Part shown: in pieces, positions 9,205-18,311 of the stretch | Layout of the letters: every line of letters begins with the position of its first letter | Position numbering within the stretch: position 1 is the first letter of the stretch | DNA from: Candidatus Melainabacteria bacterium | Lineage (GTDB): Bacteria > Cyanobacteriota > Vampirovibrionia > 2-02-FULL-35-15 | Reading direction: 5' to 3' | Assembly (NCBI GenBank): GCA_023250175.1 | Contig: JAHFBD010000001.1 | Location: forward strand, 1 to 38,295 | DNA: 38,295 nucleotides | Made by a program: the position numbers and the translations under genes | Notes under the pieces: model-generated | Seen by the model: only the letters and a program-made list of their open reading frames with translations | The model's database searches: none | What the model was told of the DNA's origin: nothing

Positions 9205-10728
9205 ATGACAATAAAATCAGATGAAATAGTAAGTGTATTAAAACAACAAATTGAGCAATATCAGGAAAAGCTGACAGTAAGCAATGTCGGAAGTGTTATA
9301 TCTATTGGTGATGGTATAGCAAGAGCACATGGACTTGAACAGGCAATGGCAAGTGAGCTTGTTGAATTTGATGATGCTGAAAAGACTTTAGGGATGATCT
9401 TAAACCTTGAAGAAGATAGTGCCGGGATTGTTTTATTTGGAGATGCAAGAGGAGTCAGAGAAGGGACACAAGTAAAAACTACCGGACGTATTGCATCAGT
9501 CCCTGTAGGAGATGCTTTGATTGGACGAGTAGTAAGTCCTATTGGAAAACCATTAGATGGAAAAGGGGAGATTAAGTCAAACAAATTTAGACCGGTGGAA
9601 AAAGTTGCTCCGGGCATTGTAAAAAGAAGATCCGTGTGTGAACCGTTACAAACAGGAATTGCAGCAATTGATTCAATGATTCCAATTGGTCGTGGGCAAA
9701 GAGAACTTATTATTGGTGATCGTCAAACAGGAAAAACAGCAATTGCAATTGATACTATAATCAATCAAAAAAACCAAGCGAACAGACCTATTTGTATTTA
9801 TGTTGCAATTGGACAAAGGCAAGGTTCAGTTGCACAAATTAAAAAAATATTAGAAGATGCCGGCGCAATGGAATACACTGTTATTGTCAATGCTGCTTCT
9901 ACTGATCCCCCTGCACTCCAATACATTGCACCATTTGCAGGAGCTTCTATTGGTGAAGAATTCATGGAAAATGGTAAGCATGTACTAATAATTTATGATG
10001 ATCTTACCAAGCATGCCTGGGCATATCGCGCAATGAGTCTTTTACTCCGTCGTCCACCAGGTCGTGAAGCATATCCTGGAGACGTATTTTATTTGCATAG
10101 TAGACTTCTTGAGAGAGCTGCTAAGTTAAGTGATAAGCTTGGTAATGGTTCCATGACTGCATTACCTATCATTGAAACTCAAGCAGGTGACGTTTCTGCA
10201 TATATACCTACTAATGTAATCTCAATTACAGATGGACAAATATTTTTAGAAACAGATCTTTTTAACGCTGGTGTAAGACCTGCAATTAATGCTGGAGTTT
10301 CAGTTAGTCGGGTTGGTGGAGCTGCTCAAACTAAAGCAATGAAAATGGTTGCAGGAAAACTAAGACTTGATCTGGCACAGTTTAGAGAATTAGAAGCATT
10401 TGCACAATTTGCATCTGATCTTGATCCAGCAACACAACAACAAATCAAGCGAGGACAAAAACTTACAGCTGTCTTAAAACAGCCTCAGTACAATCCACTG
10501 TCTGTTGCACAACAAGTTACTGCTATATATGCTGCCAATGAAGGGATTTTAGACAACGTACACACCGATGAAATCCTACGTTTTAAAGCAGATTGGTTTA
10601 AATACTTAAGTGCTAATTGTAAAAAACTAGAAGATAAACTTAATAGTGGTGCTGCTCTTGATGACAATGAAAAGAAAGAACTAAAAGAATCATTAGCCAA
10701 GTTTAGAGATAGTTTATTTATAAGTTAA
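9205..10728 (+). CDS. atpA: F0F1 ATP synthase subunit alpha
   Basis: GDRQTGKT Walker [43 protein letters not shown]. Confidence 0.95.
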   Translation: MTIKSDEIVSVLKQQIEQYQEKLTVSNVGSVISIGDGIARAHGLEQAMASELVEFDDAEKTLGMILNLEEDSAGIVLFGDARGVREGTQVKTTGRIASVPVGDALIGRVVSPIGKPLDGKGEIKSNKFRPVEKVAPGIVKRRSVCEPLQTGIAAIDSMIPIGRGQRELIIGDRQTGKTAIAIDTIINQKNQANRPICIYVAIGQRQGSVAQIKKILEDAGAMEYTVIVNAASTDPPALQYIAPFAGASIGEEFMENGKHVLIIYDDLTKHAWAYRAMSLLLRRPPGREAYPGDVFYLHSRLLERAAKLSDKLGNGSMTALPIIETQAGDVSAYIPTNVISITDGQIFLETDLFNAGVRPAINAGVSVSRVGGAAQTKAMKMVAGKLRLDLAQFRELEAFAQFASDLDPATQQQIKRGQKLTAVLKQPQYNPLSVAQQVTAIYAANEGILDNVHTDEILRFKADWFKYLSANCKKLEDKLNSGAALDDNEKKELKESLAKFRDSLFIS

Positions 10729-10732
10729 ACTA

Positions 10733-11254
10733 GTGGATAAAATCTTTTTATTCTTTGAAAATTTCCTTGAAACTCTCTGGACTTGGATTTTACCCAGTTG
10801 CTTTAAACTAATAGTTATTATTTTTATTGCTTTTTTCTTAAGATATTTTTTAGATATAACTACTTATAAATTTGTAAAAAGAACAAGCAATTCAAAGCGT
10901 GCTGAAACCCTCAGACAAATCATTACTTCAACAGGTCAGCTTGTAATTATTGGAATTACAATAATGATGATATTGCATGAGTTAGGATTTGATATAAGGC
11001 CCATTATTGCAAGTGCTGGTATCTTGGGTGTAGCATTTAGTCTGGGTGCACAACATCTTATGAAAGATGTAATAAATGGTTTTTTCATATTGCTTGAAGA
11101 TCAGTTTAGTATTGGAGATACCGTAAAAATTGGTGATATTGTAGGCACTGTAGATAAAATGAACCTGAGAACAACTACCATTAAAGATAAAATAGGGGAT
11201 GTTCACATAATTCCAAATAGTCAGATAAATCAAGTAACTGTATTTTCAAAGTAA
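10733..11254 (+). CDS. MscS-family mechanosensitive channel, apparently truncated (pore helix and beta domain only)
   Basis: GILGVAFSLGAQHLMKDVINGFFILLEDQFSIGDTVKIGDIVGTVDKMNLRTTTIKDKIGDVHIIPNSQI matches MscS TM3 plus the beta domain. The ORF stops where the ~100-aa C-terminal alpha/beta domain should begin. GTG start 4 nt after atpA. Confidence 0.7.
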   Translation: MDKIFLFFENFLETLWTWILPSCFKLIVIIFIAFFLRYFLDITTYKFVKRTSNSKRAETLRQIITSTGQLVIIGITIMMILHELGFDIRPIIASAGILGVAFSLGAQHLMKDVINGFFILLEDQFSIGDTVKIGDIVGTVDKMNLRTTTIKDKIGDVHIIPNSQINQVTVFSK

Positions 11255-11275
11255 CCCAAGTTATTACTCAATTAC

Positions 11276-11899
11276 CTAATTAGCTTTTATTTCTTTGCCA
11301 ATCTCCAAAGCATTCTCCTTAATATATTTAAGAAGCTTCACAAATTCATATAACTCAAATTGAACATTTTCATCTAAAGATAAAAAACCTGTTATTGCTG
11401 CCTGAAAAAAATTAGGATCCTTTAACAATTCTTCTTGTCGCACAGTTATTTGTTTCTGAGCTATATCATCTTGATTTCTTCCAATATCAAAAATTAAATC
11501 AAACCCTGAAGAGTAATTCAGCTCAGTAATATCTGTAAGCTCAGCAGCAACAATCAAATTTAAAAAATCTTTAGTATTAATATTTATATCGTTAAATTTG
11601 GGGTCATCAGATATCGTCGTAAACTCCTTTATGTCAATATTATCCAGTGCTGATTCTGCCTCTAAAATTAAATTAATCAATTCATCAATTCCACTAGTTT
11701 TAAGTCTTTTGACATTTGTTTCAACATCATTAATAAAGCCAACCTGTTGCTCAGTACCTATAAATTTATCTAAAATCCTACGCGATAACGTATCTGGTCT
11801 TGTAGGATATATGTTTGGTTTTGGTTCTACGACATCCTGCCAATTTGTTGACAATGAAAGAGTATATAACCTTGCAGGTATCATTTTAATAGATAACAT
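11276..11899 (-). CDS. hypothetical acidic protein
   Basis: ORF lying 9 nt downstream of 11909..12601 on the same strand. No motif recognised. Confidence 0.45.
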   Translation of the reverse strand: MLSIKMIPARLYTLSLSTNWQDVVEPKPNIYPTRPDTLSRRILDKFIGTEQQVGFINDVETNVKRLKTSGIDELINLILEAESALDNIDIKEFTTISDDPKFNDININTKDFLNLIVAAELTDITELNYSSGFDLIFDIGRNQDDIAQKQITVRQEELLKDPNFFQAAITGFLSLDENVQFELYEFVKLLKYIKENALEIGKEIKAN

Positions 11900-11908
11900 G
11901 AATCAACC

Positions 11909-12601
11909 TTATTCTTTAATTACTTCACCATTAGCAACTGCTGCAAAAACTATATCAAAAGTTTTATCATTTCCTAAATCATTAGTTAATTTCCAGCCTT
12001 CTGATGTTTGCTTACATGCTATTGCTTCAGTTACATTCTTCCCATTTTTATACCGTTGCTCAATAAGTAAAATAGTGTAGTCTTTATAATGTACTTCGCC
12101 TTTAAGATATTTAGCTTTAATACTTTGTAGATCTTTTTGGCTATCTTGCAAAAGTTTTTTATTCTTAAACAAATCCCTTACATTTGACTGTTCTTCATTA
12201 GTGAAATTATCTACAATCCAATTCAAATCTCCTTTTTTATTTGCCGAAAAGTAAGATGATACAAGTAAAAAAGGTGTAGAGTTGTTTGACTTACCTTTAC
12301 TAACATCTACAATTTTTTGAGGCTTATCATACATTTCACCCTCAAGACTAATTTCTATAATATCTTTGTTTTTTTTATCTGCAGCACTTATTGAATCTTT
12401 AAACCATAATGAATTGATTTTTGCTCTAAAAATTATTTTCTTAGCGTTAGTATTTTCATGCTCTTCATTTACATTTCCTTCTACAGGAAATCCCGCATCT
12501 TTTATATCCAAAGGTAATGTAGAAACATTTATAGCACTTACCTTACATGAGGTAATAACACAATATGAAAGTAACACAATAAAATAGATTAGTTTATTCA
12601 T
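11909..12601 (-). CDS. hypothetical lipoprotein or secreted protein
   Basis: N-terminal signal with a lipobox-like ITSC (MNKLIYFIVLLSYCVITSCKVSA). Confidence 0.5.
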   Translation of the reverse strand: MNKLIYFIVLLSYCVITSCKVSAINVSTLPLDIKDAGFPVEGNVNEEHENTNAKKIIFRAKINSLWFKDSISAADKKNKDIIEISLEGEMYDKPQKIVDVSKGKSNNSTPFLLVSSYFSANKKGDLNWIVDNFTNEEQSNVRDLFKNKKLLQDSQKDLQSIKAKYLKGEVHYKDYTILLIEQRYKNGKNVTEAIACKQTSEGWKLTNDLGNDKTFDIVFAAVANGEVIKE

Positions 12602-12651
12602 TTTTTATTTAACTCCTCTTACTCAGTTAAATATTTTAACACTTACATCTT

Positions 12652-12814
12652 GTTTTTACCTACCGCTGGTTTTTTCGCTGCACTCCCAAAACTGGCTTTC
12701 CATAGTACTTCTAGTCTGCTATTTATAATACCTTACAGATTTTACTGAATAAATCAGGTAAAATCTTACCTTGTAAATCATTTACTTAGAAATATTACAC
12801 TAGCTAGGTAGTAA
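12652..12814 (-). repeat. copy X of a diverged ~125-165-nt element (candidate structured leader or small RNA), inverted relative to copy Y at 37909..38030
   Basis: On the minus strand it reads TTACTACCTAGCTA..GATTTATTCA..AGCGGTAGGTAAAAAC. These three blocks (14, 10 and 16 nt) match exactly and collinearly with 37909-37922, 37956-37965 and 38015-38030. Confidence 0.4.
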
Positions 12815-12970
12815 CTACATCTTCTTATTATTAATGTCACCATAATAGCTGTTAGAAGCTATTTCAAAACTCAAGAGTCGTTTTTGTTAGAAAATCTCAC
12901 TTTTTAAGCTATTTAGTAATTTGTTAAAATAAAATGCATTATTTAACTTCGTTAAAGGTTTTTTATTAAC

Positions 12971-14881
12971 ATGAGTATTATAAACATTGACACATTAAAA
13001 AGTTTTTTAGAAAGTCAATATGCGAGACAATTGATTTTTAAAACTGATAATGTAGAAATAATTTTAATGTGCTGGCTTCCTGAGCAAGGAACCCCTATAC
13101 ATAATCATGGGAAATCTGATGCAATTACACTTGTTTTAGAGGGTGAAATGACATATAGAACCTACTACCCTGATGATAGAAAAGTCTCAGGAGTATTACG
13201 TCCTGGTGATATAGAACATATCCCTGTTGGAATAGAACATGAAGTACAAAACAAGTCAAAAAATAAACTTGTTACCTTACATGTTTACTCTCCACCACTA
13301 GAAGCTGATTTACTTCCTCAAACACTAGGCTATTCTAATGAAGTAACCTTAAAAAAGGTACAAGTCTGTGAAAAAGTGATTAGCTATCTTATCGCTGATA
13401 AACCTATGGTTAGTAATGCAGAGATTGAAATTAAAAAGGGAAAGTCCGTTATAGCACATTCAGTGTCTCATTCTAGAAAATCTACAATAGCAATAATTGG
13501 TGGTGGGTTCAGCGGAGCATTGGTGGCTACGCACTTAATGAAAAAGTCAGTTAACGAACCTTTGCAAACAATTTTAATAGAAAGAGCCCCTCGCTTTGCA
13601 AGAGGGTTTGCATATTCAACAAATAGTCCTTTACATCTTTTAAATGTTCCTGCAGGGAAAATGAGTGCTTTCCCAAATGACCCAGAGCATTTTCTTAGAT
13701 GGGTACAAAACCGTGATTTGAATATACATTCAAACTCATTTGTTTCAAGAATGCTCTACGGTGAATATCTGGAAACAGTTCTTCATGATGCAGAAGTAAA
13801 TAAATCTCCTTCAACTAGTTTCAAAAGATTAAATGATGAGGCTATATTGATTGAGATAGATCAAAATACAAAAAAAGCAAAACTGGTTTTAGAAAGTGGG
13901 ATTGAAATCCCTGCAGACAAAATTGTACTTGCTGTTGGGAATTATCTTCCTAGAAATCCCGGCGTGCAACAAAATTCATTTTATAAAAGTAAAAGATATA
14001 TGAGAGATCCTTGGTCAGCAAATGCTATTTCAATGATTTCACCAGACGATCCGGTTCTTCTTATCGGTACTGGGCTTACAATGATAGACAAAGCAGTTGA
14101 ATTAAAATGCCGGGGGCACAGAGGTATTATTTATGCAGTTTCAAGGCATGGATTATTACCACAATCTCATAAACTTGATATTAAACCCATTGATATTAGT
14201 TTTGACTTTACTTCTAGTAATCTAACGGTGAAAGAATTACTACACATTATAAGGCAGAAAATAAATTTTGCTATTGAACAAGGTAGTGACTGGCGTTTAG
14301 TATTTGATTTATTACGCCCATATTTACAAAAACTATGGGGTTCTTTATCCACTGATGAAAAAAAGAGATTCTTTAGACACTTGCGACCATACTGGGATAT
14401 ACACAGACATCGTATGCCACAAGAAGTAGCTAAAGTTATCTATTCACTCATTGAATCAAAACAGCTTATAATCCATAAAGGACGAATTAAAGATTATGAA
14501 GAAACAGAAGAGTGCATACATGTATCTATCAAAAAAAATACTCATCAAATAGAAATTTTAAAAGCTGCTCGTGTTATAAACTGTACTGGCTCAGAACTTG
14601 ATTTTTGTCAGATCCAAGATCCTCTTATTACTGATTTACTTGAAAAAGGTCTTATTGCCCCAGATAGATTATCCCTAGGACTTGAAGCATCTGAAAATGG
14701 TGCTTTAAAAGACTCAAGTGGAAATACTACAGAAATACTTTATACACTTGGTCCACCACTTAAAGGACAATTATGGGAAACTACTGCTGTACCAGAAATC
14801 AGAGAGCAAGCATCGAGTTTAGCAAATGAACTTTTAAAATCAATTTTTGCAACCATAAGTAAATCACTAATTGAAGCTTAA
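12971..14881 (+). CDS. fusion protein: N-terminal cupin (cysteine-dioxygenase-like metal site) plus FAD/NAD(P)-binding oxidoreductase (YdhS-like)
   Basis: The N-terminus has the two-motif cupin pattern, HNHGKSD..LVLEGEM followed by GDIEHIPVGIEHEV. It is followed by IAIIGGGFSGALVATHL, a GxGxxG Rossmann dinucleotide-binding fold, and a second LLIGTGLTMIDK fold. Confidence 0.65.
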   Translation: MSIINIDTLKSFLESQYARQLIFKTDNVEIILMCWLPEQGTPIHNHGKSDAITLVLEGEMTYRTYYPDDRKVSGVLRPGDIEHIPVGIEHEVQNKSKNKLVTLHVYSPPLEADLLPQTLGYSNEVTLKKVQVCEKVISYLIADKPMVSNAEIEIKKGKSVIAHSVSHSRKSTIAIIGGGFSGALVATHLMKKSVNEPLQTILIERAPRFARGFAYSTNSPLHLLNVPAGKMSAFPNDPEHFLRWVQNRDLNIHSNSFVSRMLYGEYLETVLHDAEVNKSPSTSFKRLNDEAILIEIDQNTKKAKLVLESGIEIPADKIVLAVGNYLPRNPGVQQNSFYKSKRYMRDPWSANAISMISPDDPVLLIGTGLTMIDKAVELKCRGHRGIIYAVSRHGLLPQSHKLDIKPIDISFDFTSSNLTVKELLHIIRQKINFAIEQGSDWRLVFDLLRPYLQKLWGSLSTDEKKRFFRHLRPYWDIHRHRMPQEVAKVIYSLIESKQLIIHKGRIKDYEETEECIHVSIKKNTHQIEILKAARVINCTGSELDFCQIQDPLITDLLEKGLIAPDRLSLGLEASENGALKDSSGNTTEILYTLGPPLKGQLWETTAVPEIREQASSLANELLKSIFATISKSLIEA

Positions 14882-14970
14882 CACCATATTTACAAGTTGG
14901 GGAATTACCCGAGTTATTTCTTACTAATTAAAAAAGATTTATATTTAAGTTGAGTTATTAAAATTATATG

Positions 14971-14998
14971 ATATCTTATAAGGATATGCGAATATTCG
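14971..14998. promoter_or_regulatory. candidate operator palindromes upstream of the ArsR-family gene
   Basis: ATATC-ttataag-GATAT (14971-14987) and the perfect 10-bp palindrome CGAATATTCG (14989-14998) lie 17-44 nt upstream of the ATG at 15015. Confidence 0.25.
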
Positions 14999-15014
14999 AA
15001 GATAGAGCATCATT

Positions 15015-15470
15015 ATGAAAAATCTCAGTGAATTTAAAGCAGACTTTTTTAAAGCATTAGCTAATCCCATAAGGATTCAAATTATAGATACACTTGGTAG
15101 TGGTGAACACACTGTAAACCAATTAAAAGAAATTCTGGATATTGAGGCACCAAATGTCTCTCAACAGTTAGCTATACTAAGAGCAAATAATTTAGTAGCT
15201 ACGCGCAAAGAAGGAAGTAACGTATTTTATTCAATTAAAGATCCAACCATGTTTCAACTTCTTGGTATTACTAAAACAATATTTAATAACCAACCTTCTG
15301 GAATAAAAGACTTATTAAGCGAAATGAATAATAAGAACAAAGGAAGGAGGATTAGAAATAATGTTAGAAGCTTTATTGCTCAAATGTTCGTTCCTTATAT
15401 TTGTACTTGGGGCGATTTGTGCATTCCTTATTTGTATCAGGTCGAAAGTTCTGTCAATTATTGTATCTAA
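15015..15470 (+). CDS. ArsR/SmtB-family winged-helix transcriptional regulator
   Basis: FKALANPIRIQIIDTLGSGEHTVNQLKEILDIEAPNVSQQLAILRANNLVATRKEGSNVFYSI is the canonical ArsR wHTH. The last ~36 codons overlap the next gene. Confidence 0.8.
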   Translation: MKNLSEFKADFFKALANPIRIQIIDTLGSGEHTVNQLKEILDIEAPNVSQQLAILRANNLVATRKEGSNVFYSIKDPTMFQLLGITKTIFNNQPSGIKDLLSEMNNKNKGRRIRNNVRSFIAQMFVPYICTWGDLCIPYLYQVESSVNYCI

Positions 15471-17343
15471 TGTTTTTGCAATTATTGCTTCATTTTGTAG
15501 TCTTATTAGTTCTCTTCTCTCAATAATTTATCAACATAGTTTTAATTTAATTTACAACCTGGGACTCCCTTTAGGAAAGATTGAACTTATAATAGATCCT
15601 CTTTCTGCATTTTTTATTATGCTCATTTCAGTACTTGTAATCCCTATTTCAATTTATTCAATTGGTTATCTTAAAAAAGAATATTTAGAAAAGAACGTCT
15701 CTGTATTAGGAGCTTTATATCAACTGTTTATACTGTCAATGCTGCTTGTAATATGTTCTGGTAATGGCTTTCAGTTTATTATATTTTGGGAACTAATGAC
15801 ATTAATTTCTTTTGCTTTTGTAATTTTTGATCTGAAAGATATAGATTCACAAAAAGCAGGTTTTGTTTATCTTTTAATGACTCATATAGGTTCAGCATTT
15901 TTATTATTTGCATTTCTTATATTTGCTAAATATAGTGATAGTTTTTCTTTTGCTACATTCCATGGGATTTCAAATACTATGCCTAGTTGGTTAAAGTTAA
16001 TATTATTTTTATTTATACTCATAGGTTTTGGTACAAAAGCAGGAATTATACCGTTACATATCTGGCTTCCAGAGGCTCATCCAGCCGCACCAAGTCACAT
16101 ATCTGCTCTTATGTCTGGAGTAATGATCAAAACTGGAATTTATGGGATCTTAAGATTTATATTTAATTTCTTAAATCCATTTCCATATTGGTGGGGGGAG
16201 ATACTCATTGTTATAGCAATAACTACTGCTATCTTAGGAATAATTTTTGCTTCAACAGAAAGTAATATTAAACGAGTACTAGCTTATAGCAGTATTGAAA
16301 ATATTGGCGTGATACTACTTCCTATTGGAGCTAGCATGATATTTTTCAGTTTGGGACAAAAAGAATTTGCTGCTCTATCTTTAATACCTGCTTTATTTCA
16401 CTCATTAAATCATTCTTTATTTAAAGGACTATTATTTACCAGTGTTGGCGCAGTTGTATCTTCTACACACACAAAAAATATTGAAAATCTTGGAGGACTA
16501 ATTAAACTCCTTCCTAAGACAGCGTTGTTATTCTTGATTGGAGCATTATCAATTTCTGCATTTCCTCCATTTAATGGATTCATTAGCAAATGGCTTACTT
16601 TTCAATCCTTACTTCTATTATTTCAAGTAAAGTTTGAATCAATTAAATTATTTGCTCCAATCATTGCTAGCTTACTTGGCTTTGTCAGTGCCATTTCTGC
16701 AGCAACGTTTGTTAAAACATTTAGTGGAATATTCTTAGGAATGCCAAAAACACATAAAGCAACTCACGCACAAGAAGCAACTCCATTTATGATTCTCAGT
16801 ATGTCAATTTTGGCATTATTATGTTTATTAATAGGGATTTGCCCCAGTATAGTTTTTTCACTAATTAAGCCAATCTCATTTTCAATAGTTGGACTTGATT
16901 CCATGACAATAACCACTTTCAGCAATTTGTCTAATCTCAATAACTACAATTTGTTTACAAACCTAGGAACCCATGTCTTATCTGCATCTTCACCAGCTTT
17001 GGTTTTTATTTTATTAATAGGAGCTCTATGTTTAAGTTACATAGTTGTAAAAAGTTTTGGTACTAAAACTCCTCTGCGAAAAGAAGAGACCTGGAGTTGC
17101 GGAGTAAAACCAAAGCCAGAATTTGGACATACTCCCAAAGGATTTAGTCAACCTCTCGGTGTAATATTTTCTGAGCTTCATACACCAGAAAGTTTTTACC
17201 ACAACTACATATACTTACCGATAGTTAATGGGCTTATTAGCTTATCCCATAAATTAAAACCAATACAATCAGGAATCCTACAAGTTTATCTCTTCTATAT
17301 CTTTCTAACTCTAATTTTTTGCTTGATGTGGCTTAGGTTATGA
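15361..17343 (+). CDS. hyfB: hydrogenase-4/formate hydrogenlyase membrane subunit, NuoL/HyfB/HycC-like antiporter-type subunit
   Basis: GFGTKAGIIPLHIWLPEAHPAAPSHISALMSGVMIKTGIYGILRF, about 15 predicted TM helices, 660 aa. GGAGG SD lies 9 nt upstream of the ATG. Confidence 0.85.
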   Translation: MLEALLLKCSFLIFVLGAICAFLICIRSKVLSIIVSNVFAIIASFCSLISSLLSIIYQHSFNLIYNLGLPLGKIELIIDPLSAFFIMLISVLVIPISIYSIGYLKKEYLEKNVSVLGALYQLFILSMLLVICSGNGFQFIIFWELMTLISFAFVIFDLKDIDSQKAGFVYLLMTHIGSAFLLFAFLIFAKYSDSFSFATFHGISNTMPSWLKLILFLFILIGFGTKAGIIPLHIWLPEAHPAAPSHISALMSGVMIKTGIYGILRFIFNFLNPFPYWWGEILIVIAITTAILGIIFASTESNIKRVLAYSSIENIGVILLPIGASMIFFSLGQKEFAALSLIPALFHSLNHSLFKGLLFTSVGAVVSSTHTKNIENLGGLIKLLPKTALLFLIGALSISAFPPFNGFISKWLTFQSLLLLFQVKFESIKLFAPIIASLLGFVSAISAATFVKTFSGIFLGMPKTHKATHAQEATPFMILSMSILALLCLLIGICPSIVFSLIKPISFSIVGLDSMTITTFSNLSNLNNYNLFTNLGTHVLSASSPALVFILLIGALCLSYIVVKSFGTKTPLRKEETWSCGVKPKPEFGHTPKGFSQPLGVIFSELHTPESFYHNYIYLPIVNGLISLSHKLKPIQSGILQVYLFYIFLTLIFCLMWLRL

Positions 17344-18311
17344 ATATATCACAATTACAAATTATTTCTTTGACAGCACTGCATCTAGTGTTATTAGTGT
17401 TGTTGGCTCCTATTATAAATACTTTTATAAAAAAAGTTAAAGCAAACCTGCAAGGCCGTATTGGTCCTCCAATATTACAAGGGTATTTTGATTTAGTAAA
17501 ATATTTCCATAAAGAAACGGTTGTTTCAAATCAAACATCGTGGGTTTTTCTTACTACACCATTTATAGTTTTTTCGACAACACTTGTAGCATCCATGTTT
17601 ATACCCACCTTTATGACTTCCTATCTTCCGAAGTTATTTGGAGGGGCAATTCTTTTAATTTATCTTTTTGGTTTAGGAAGATTTTTTATAGCCTCTAGTG
17701 CAATGGAACCACATAGTGGGTTTTGCAGTATGGCAAGCAGTAGAGAAATGATGCTATCAATATTAATCGAGCCAGTAATGTTACTTTCATTGTTTGTTTT
17801 TATCTTAACCACAGGTAGCAACAACATCTCAGAAATTATAAATCAATTATCTATTAAAGGTATTGGTTTATTTACTCCTATTTATTTATTAACAATACTT
17901 GCACTATTCACAGCTTCCTTAGCTGAGATGTGTAGAATTCCTTTTGATAATCCTGAAACACACTATGAATTAACTATGATTCATGAAGGATTAATTCTGG
18001 AATATTCAGGAAAGAACCTTGGGGTAATGATTCTATCAAGCTCTTTAAAACAATTAATTATAATTTCACTGCTTGCAAATCTTATATTTCCTTGGTGTAT
18101 GTGCAATAACTTTACTTTTTCTTCTATTCTGCTCTCCATTTTAATTTATCTTGCAAAAATTTTACTTATCTCTACTATCATCGCTTTTATAGAAACTGCA
18201 ATATCAAAAGTCCGACTTTTTAAAGTACGGGAAATTCTTATGGCTTCATTTGTAATGTCTATTATTGCTCTTGTTATAGCTGTTCAAAAAGAAAGCAGGT
18301 TTGGATTATGA
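17340..18311 (+). CDS. hyfC: hydrogenase-4 membrane subunit, NuoH/HyfC/HycD-like
   Basis: Polytopic, with PFDNPETHYELTMIHEGLILEYSGKNLG (NuoH/HycD signature region). 4-nt overlap with hyfB. Confidence 0.85.
   Translation: MNISQLQIISLTALHLVLLVLLAPIINTFIKKVKANLQGRIGPPILQGYFDLVKYFHKETVVSNQTSWVFLTTPFIVFSTTLVASMFIPTFMTSYLPKLFGGAILLIYLFGLGRFFIASSAMEPHSGFCSMASSREMMLSILIEPVMLLSLFVFILTTGSNNISEIINQLSIKGIGLFTPIYLLTILALFTASLAEMCRIPFDNPETHYELTMIHEGLILEYSGKNLGVMILSSSLKQLIIISLLANLIFPWCMCNNFTFSSILLSILIYLAKILLISTIIAFIETAISKVRLFKVREILMASFVMSIIALVIAVQKESRFGL

Noticed and set aside
9261-9617. 118-aa minus-strand ORF inside atpA (also 10485..10700, 8233..8424, 10982..11233)
   Set aside because: They lie antisense to highly conserved ATP synthase and MscS coding sequence, so they are shadow ORFs.
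11598-12080. 160-aa plus-strand ORF spanning two minus-strand genes (also 12366..12587)
   Set aside because: It crosses the junction of 11276..11899 and 11909..12601 on the opposite strand, and the translation is low-complexity. The minus-strand pair has a signal peptide and operon spacing.
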